A stretch of DNA of 63,053 nt, counting the filler, from Rhabdomonas costata (Eukaryota): NCBI GenBank assembly GCA_019059605.1. It is 27 parts of 27 records of this genome, joined end to end, with 100 filler letters (N's around TTAATTAATTAA, not from the genome) between each part and the next. Parts side by side here need not be neighbours in the genome. Positions count along the whole stretch, not along the records: positions 60,828 to 63,053 come from JAHMHO010004626.1; 26 more parts are not named here. The stretch is one strand, 5' to 3'. The number at the start of each line of letters is the position of its first letter. Positions within the stretch are counted from its first letter, which is position 1. The position numbers were made by a program, and so were the translations under genes. Below are positions 61,276-63,053 of this stretch, one piece after another. The notes under the pieces are model-generated. The model saw only the letters and a list, made by a program, of their open reading frames with translations, made no database searches and was not told the origin of the DNA.

Positions 61276-62005
61276 CTAGGTGCTGGACTCCAGGACACTT
61301 TTGAGTGAACGCAAGAGCTGCTTGTGGGGGGTGTCGGCCAAAGGGGCCACACAGAGCACGTTAAGGACGCGTGGGCTGCGCAGCCGAAAGACGTCCACAA
61401 CAAGGGCGCCTGGCCGCCCTGCTCATTCAACCACAGCAGAGGTAACTGTGAATTGCTGAAGCCCGGAAAACATCAGCATCTGCACCCATGCCGTCCCGCT
61501 GACAGCATTCTCCACCACGTAGGGCTCCACAGCGGACTTCACCGAACTGACCACCTTCATCCCTGGATTCTCATAGGAAAGCCCCAGCACGGAAATCCTC
61601 TCATGAAACACATGGTACGAGAGCCCCGTGGTGGGGTCAGTGCGGGCATCCACCTGAAACACCATCGGCTGAAGCTTCGCACACTTCTCGACGTCTCTGG
61701 AAGCAACGTGTGAGAGGTGACACTCTAGGGCCTTCCAGCAGGGAAAGAGAATTTAAAGGAAAGACTCCACATCGAAATGAAGGTATATATAAACGGATCC
61801 GTGCGTGCTTGGGAAACAGCGTCAAATTTATTACGTGAAAATTCGCACTCTCTTCCTTCGGACCTGCACACCTGACATAGTCAAACACAGCCTGCGGGGA
61901 TAGTGCTACAAGTATCTGGTTGGTGACAATGATCTCACATGGCCAAACCAGCGCAGCAACCATCAGCGCCACCACGGAACCGCTCATCAGTGAGAAACGC
62001 CTCAT
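61276..62005 (-). CDS. SRPBCC/START-like (polyketide cyclase-type) protein with signal peptide, interrupted by in-frame TGA at 61423-61425
   Basis: Exon 62005-61872 plus exon 61696-61276 give MRRFSL..signal..IIVTNQILVALSPQAVFDYVRDVEKCAKLQPMV...HERI...VVE*AGRPGALVVDVFRLRSPRVL...HKQLLRSLKSVLESST, ending in TAG. Confidence 0.55.
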
Positions 62006-62739
62006 TTTGAAGGGGAAGCAAATGAAGAAAAGCAGCTGAAAGCACCCCAGCAGCAGTTCAAGTCCGAGATTCAGCGGTGCACCTAGCGTGAGTTGCGATG
62101 GCGTATAAGAAAATATAGAACAACAGTGGAAAATAATCTCTGACGCTAAATTTATGTCCCGAGTGTTCTAGCATGGTGTACAGCAGTTTTTTCCCTCTCA
62201 GACACTCAGAACCTCAGCCATGCCCAGGGGTCCGCTATGACTAAAACAGTGACGCACACACGTGATGGAATTTTTAAAACGCCCCGCAATTGCAGAGCAG
62301 CGTGTCTTCCACAGAGGTGCACCGCTTGAGACCAAAACAACGCCCCGCACACTGGAAAACAGCTGAGATGGTGACAAAAGTCATTGGGGCAAGCCACAGA
62401 GTGCAAACAACCCGTAAAGAGAGGAAAGGTACTTGGGATGGGAGGCAACTGAAGGCAAAGCCACAATGCAGAGCGCAATCCCTGACCGGTCCATGGGAAG
62501 CAAGTTCTAATGCGAACTTCCCTCGCAGCAGCCGTTGTCGTCTATTCAGGTTGGCCCGGTACTCGGTACGTGGGCCACCTTGTGCCCAAGTCCTCGAACT
62601 CTGAGCACCAACTAGCACCTGGCTGCTCGGGCGCTCCGCCCGTGGCCAGCGAACTCTCTGCACCGCACTGTATCAGAGAAGGGACACGAGGGTGTGGTGG
62701 TGACGTGTGGCTCATGAAGCAGACTCCCAGGTTGTCACC

Positions 62740-62930
62740 CTTGGCCGGAAGGCCGAGAATCGCGGGTCCCTCTCCCACTCGCTGCCCTCGTCCCTGGCCC
62801 GGCTGCTCCAGAGCACCGCAGTGCTCTCGTCGTGGCCCACGGCGGTGCCGTACGCAAAGCACAGCCCCAGGCAGTACTGCGCCCCGGCGTGGCCCATATC
62901 CGCAGCCTTCTGGATACGCGCGCGCAGCGG
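62740..62930 (-). CDS. Sel1-like repeat segment (degenerate, possibly pseudogene)
   Basis: QKAADMGHAGAQYCLGLCFAYGTAVGHDESTAVLWSSRARDEG. The flanking repeat is not in frame. Confidence 0.65.
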
Positions 62931-63053
62931 GTGAACGCAAGCACCCCACCCGCACCCGCTTGGTCCTTGCCAAATATGCAAGCGATCACGTGATCACGCC
63001 TTTCCTCGACTCTGAAGCTAGGATTACCACCAGCACCACCAGCACCCAACACA

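Noticed and set aside
62200..62211. TTCTGAGTGTCT on the minus strand, matching part of the Euglena spliced leader as I recall it (11-nt match also near 59752)
   Set aside because: Only 11-12 nt match, with no T-run or donor site after it. That is not enough for an SL RNA gene or retroposed leader.
181..63052. Most ORFs in the supplied six-frame track
   Set aside because: They are antisense or shifted shadows of GC-rich exons, microsatellite read-throughs, or run into N spacers. The real genes need splicing.
1..63053. A multi-gene signalling system (cyclases + TOR + tubby + cullin) inferred from adjacency
   Set aside because: The genes lie on separate contigs of similar length, so their adjacency carries no biological meaning.

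Overview
This window is not one locus. It is 27 unrelated contigs of about 2.2 kb, joined by artificial 100-nt spacers (44 N + TTAATTAATTAA + 44 N), so nothing can be inferred about gene order across a spacer. The DNA is intron-rich eukaryotic nuclear genome with GT-AG introns and weak donor sites. A euglenozoan protist (euglenid or diplonemid-like) is my inference, from the many class III nucleotide cyclases, the +4-pyrimidine donor sites and the pyrimidine-tract+AG signals just upstream of start codons. Most contig ends carry G/T-only (5') or C/A-only (3') tails, typical of K-primer whole-genome amplification. Manual splicing recovers partial genes for cullin-4, TOR, insulysin, a tubby-like protein, a TUL1/FLY-type RING E3, a P5B-ATPase, three class III cyclases, SAM, WD40, Kelch, LamG, PC-esterase, DUF2817, Dispatched/Patched-like, SRPBCC, Sel1 and a C1A-like peptidase exon. 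All family calls come from motif recognition by eye; no searches were run. I found no rRNA, tRNA, CRISPR array or intact mobile element, and no clear new multi-gene system. The best leads are a Cys-capped, ~30% Met small protein with a Gly/Met-rich neighbour, three cyclase domains that all lack the catalytic Arg, an in-frame UGA in an otherwise intact SRPBCC gene, and several intron-containing genes that look prokaryotic.
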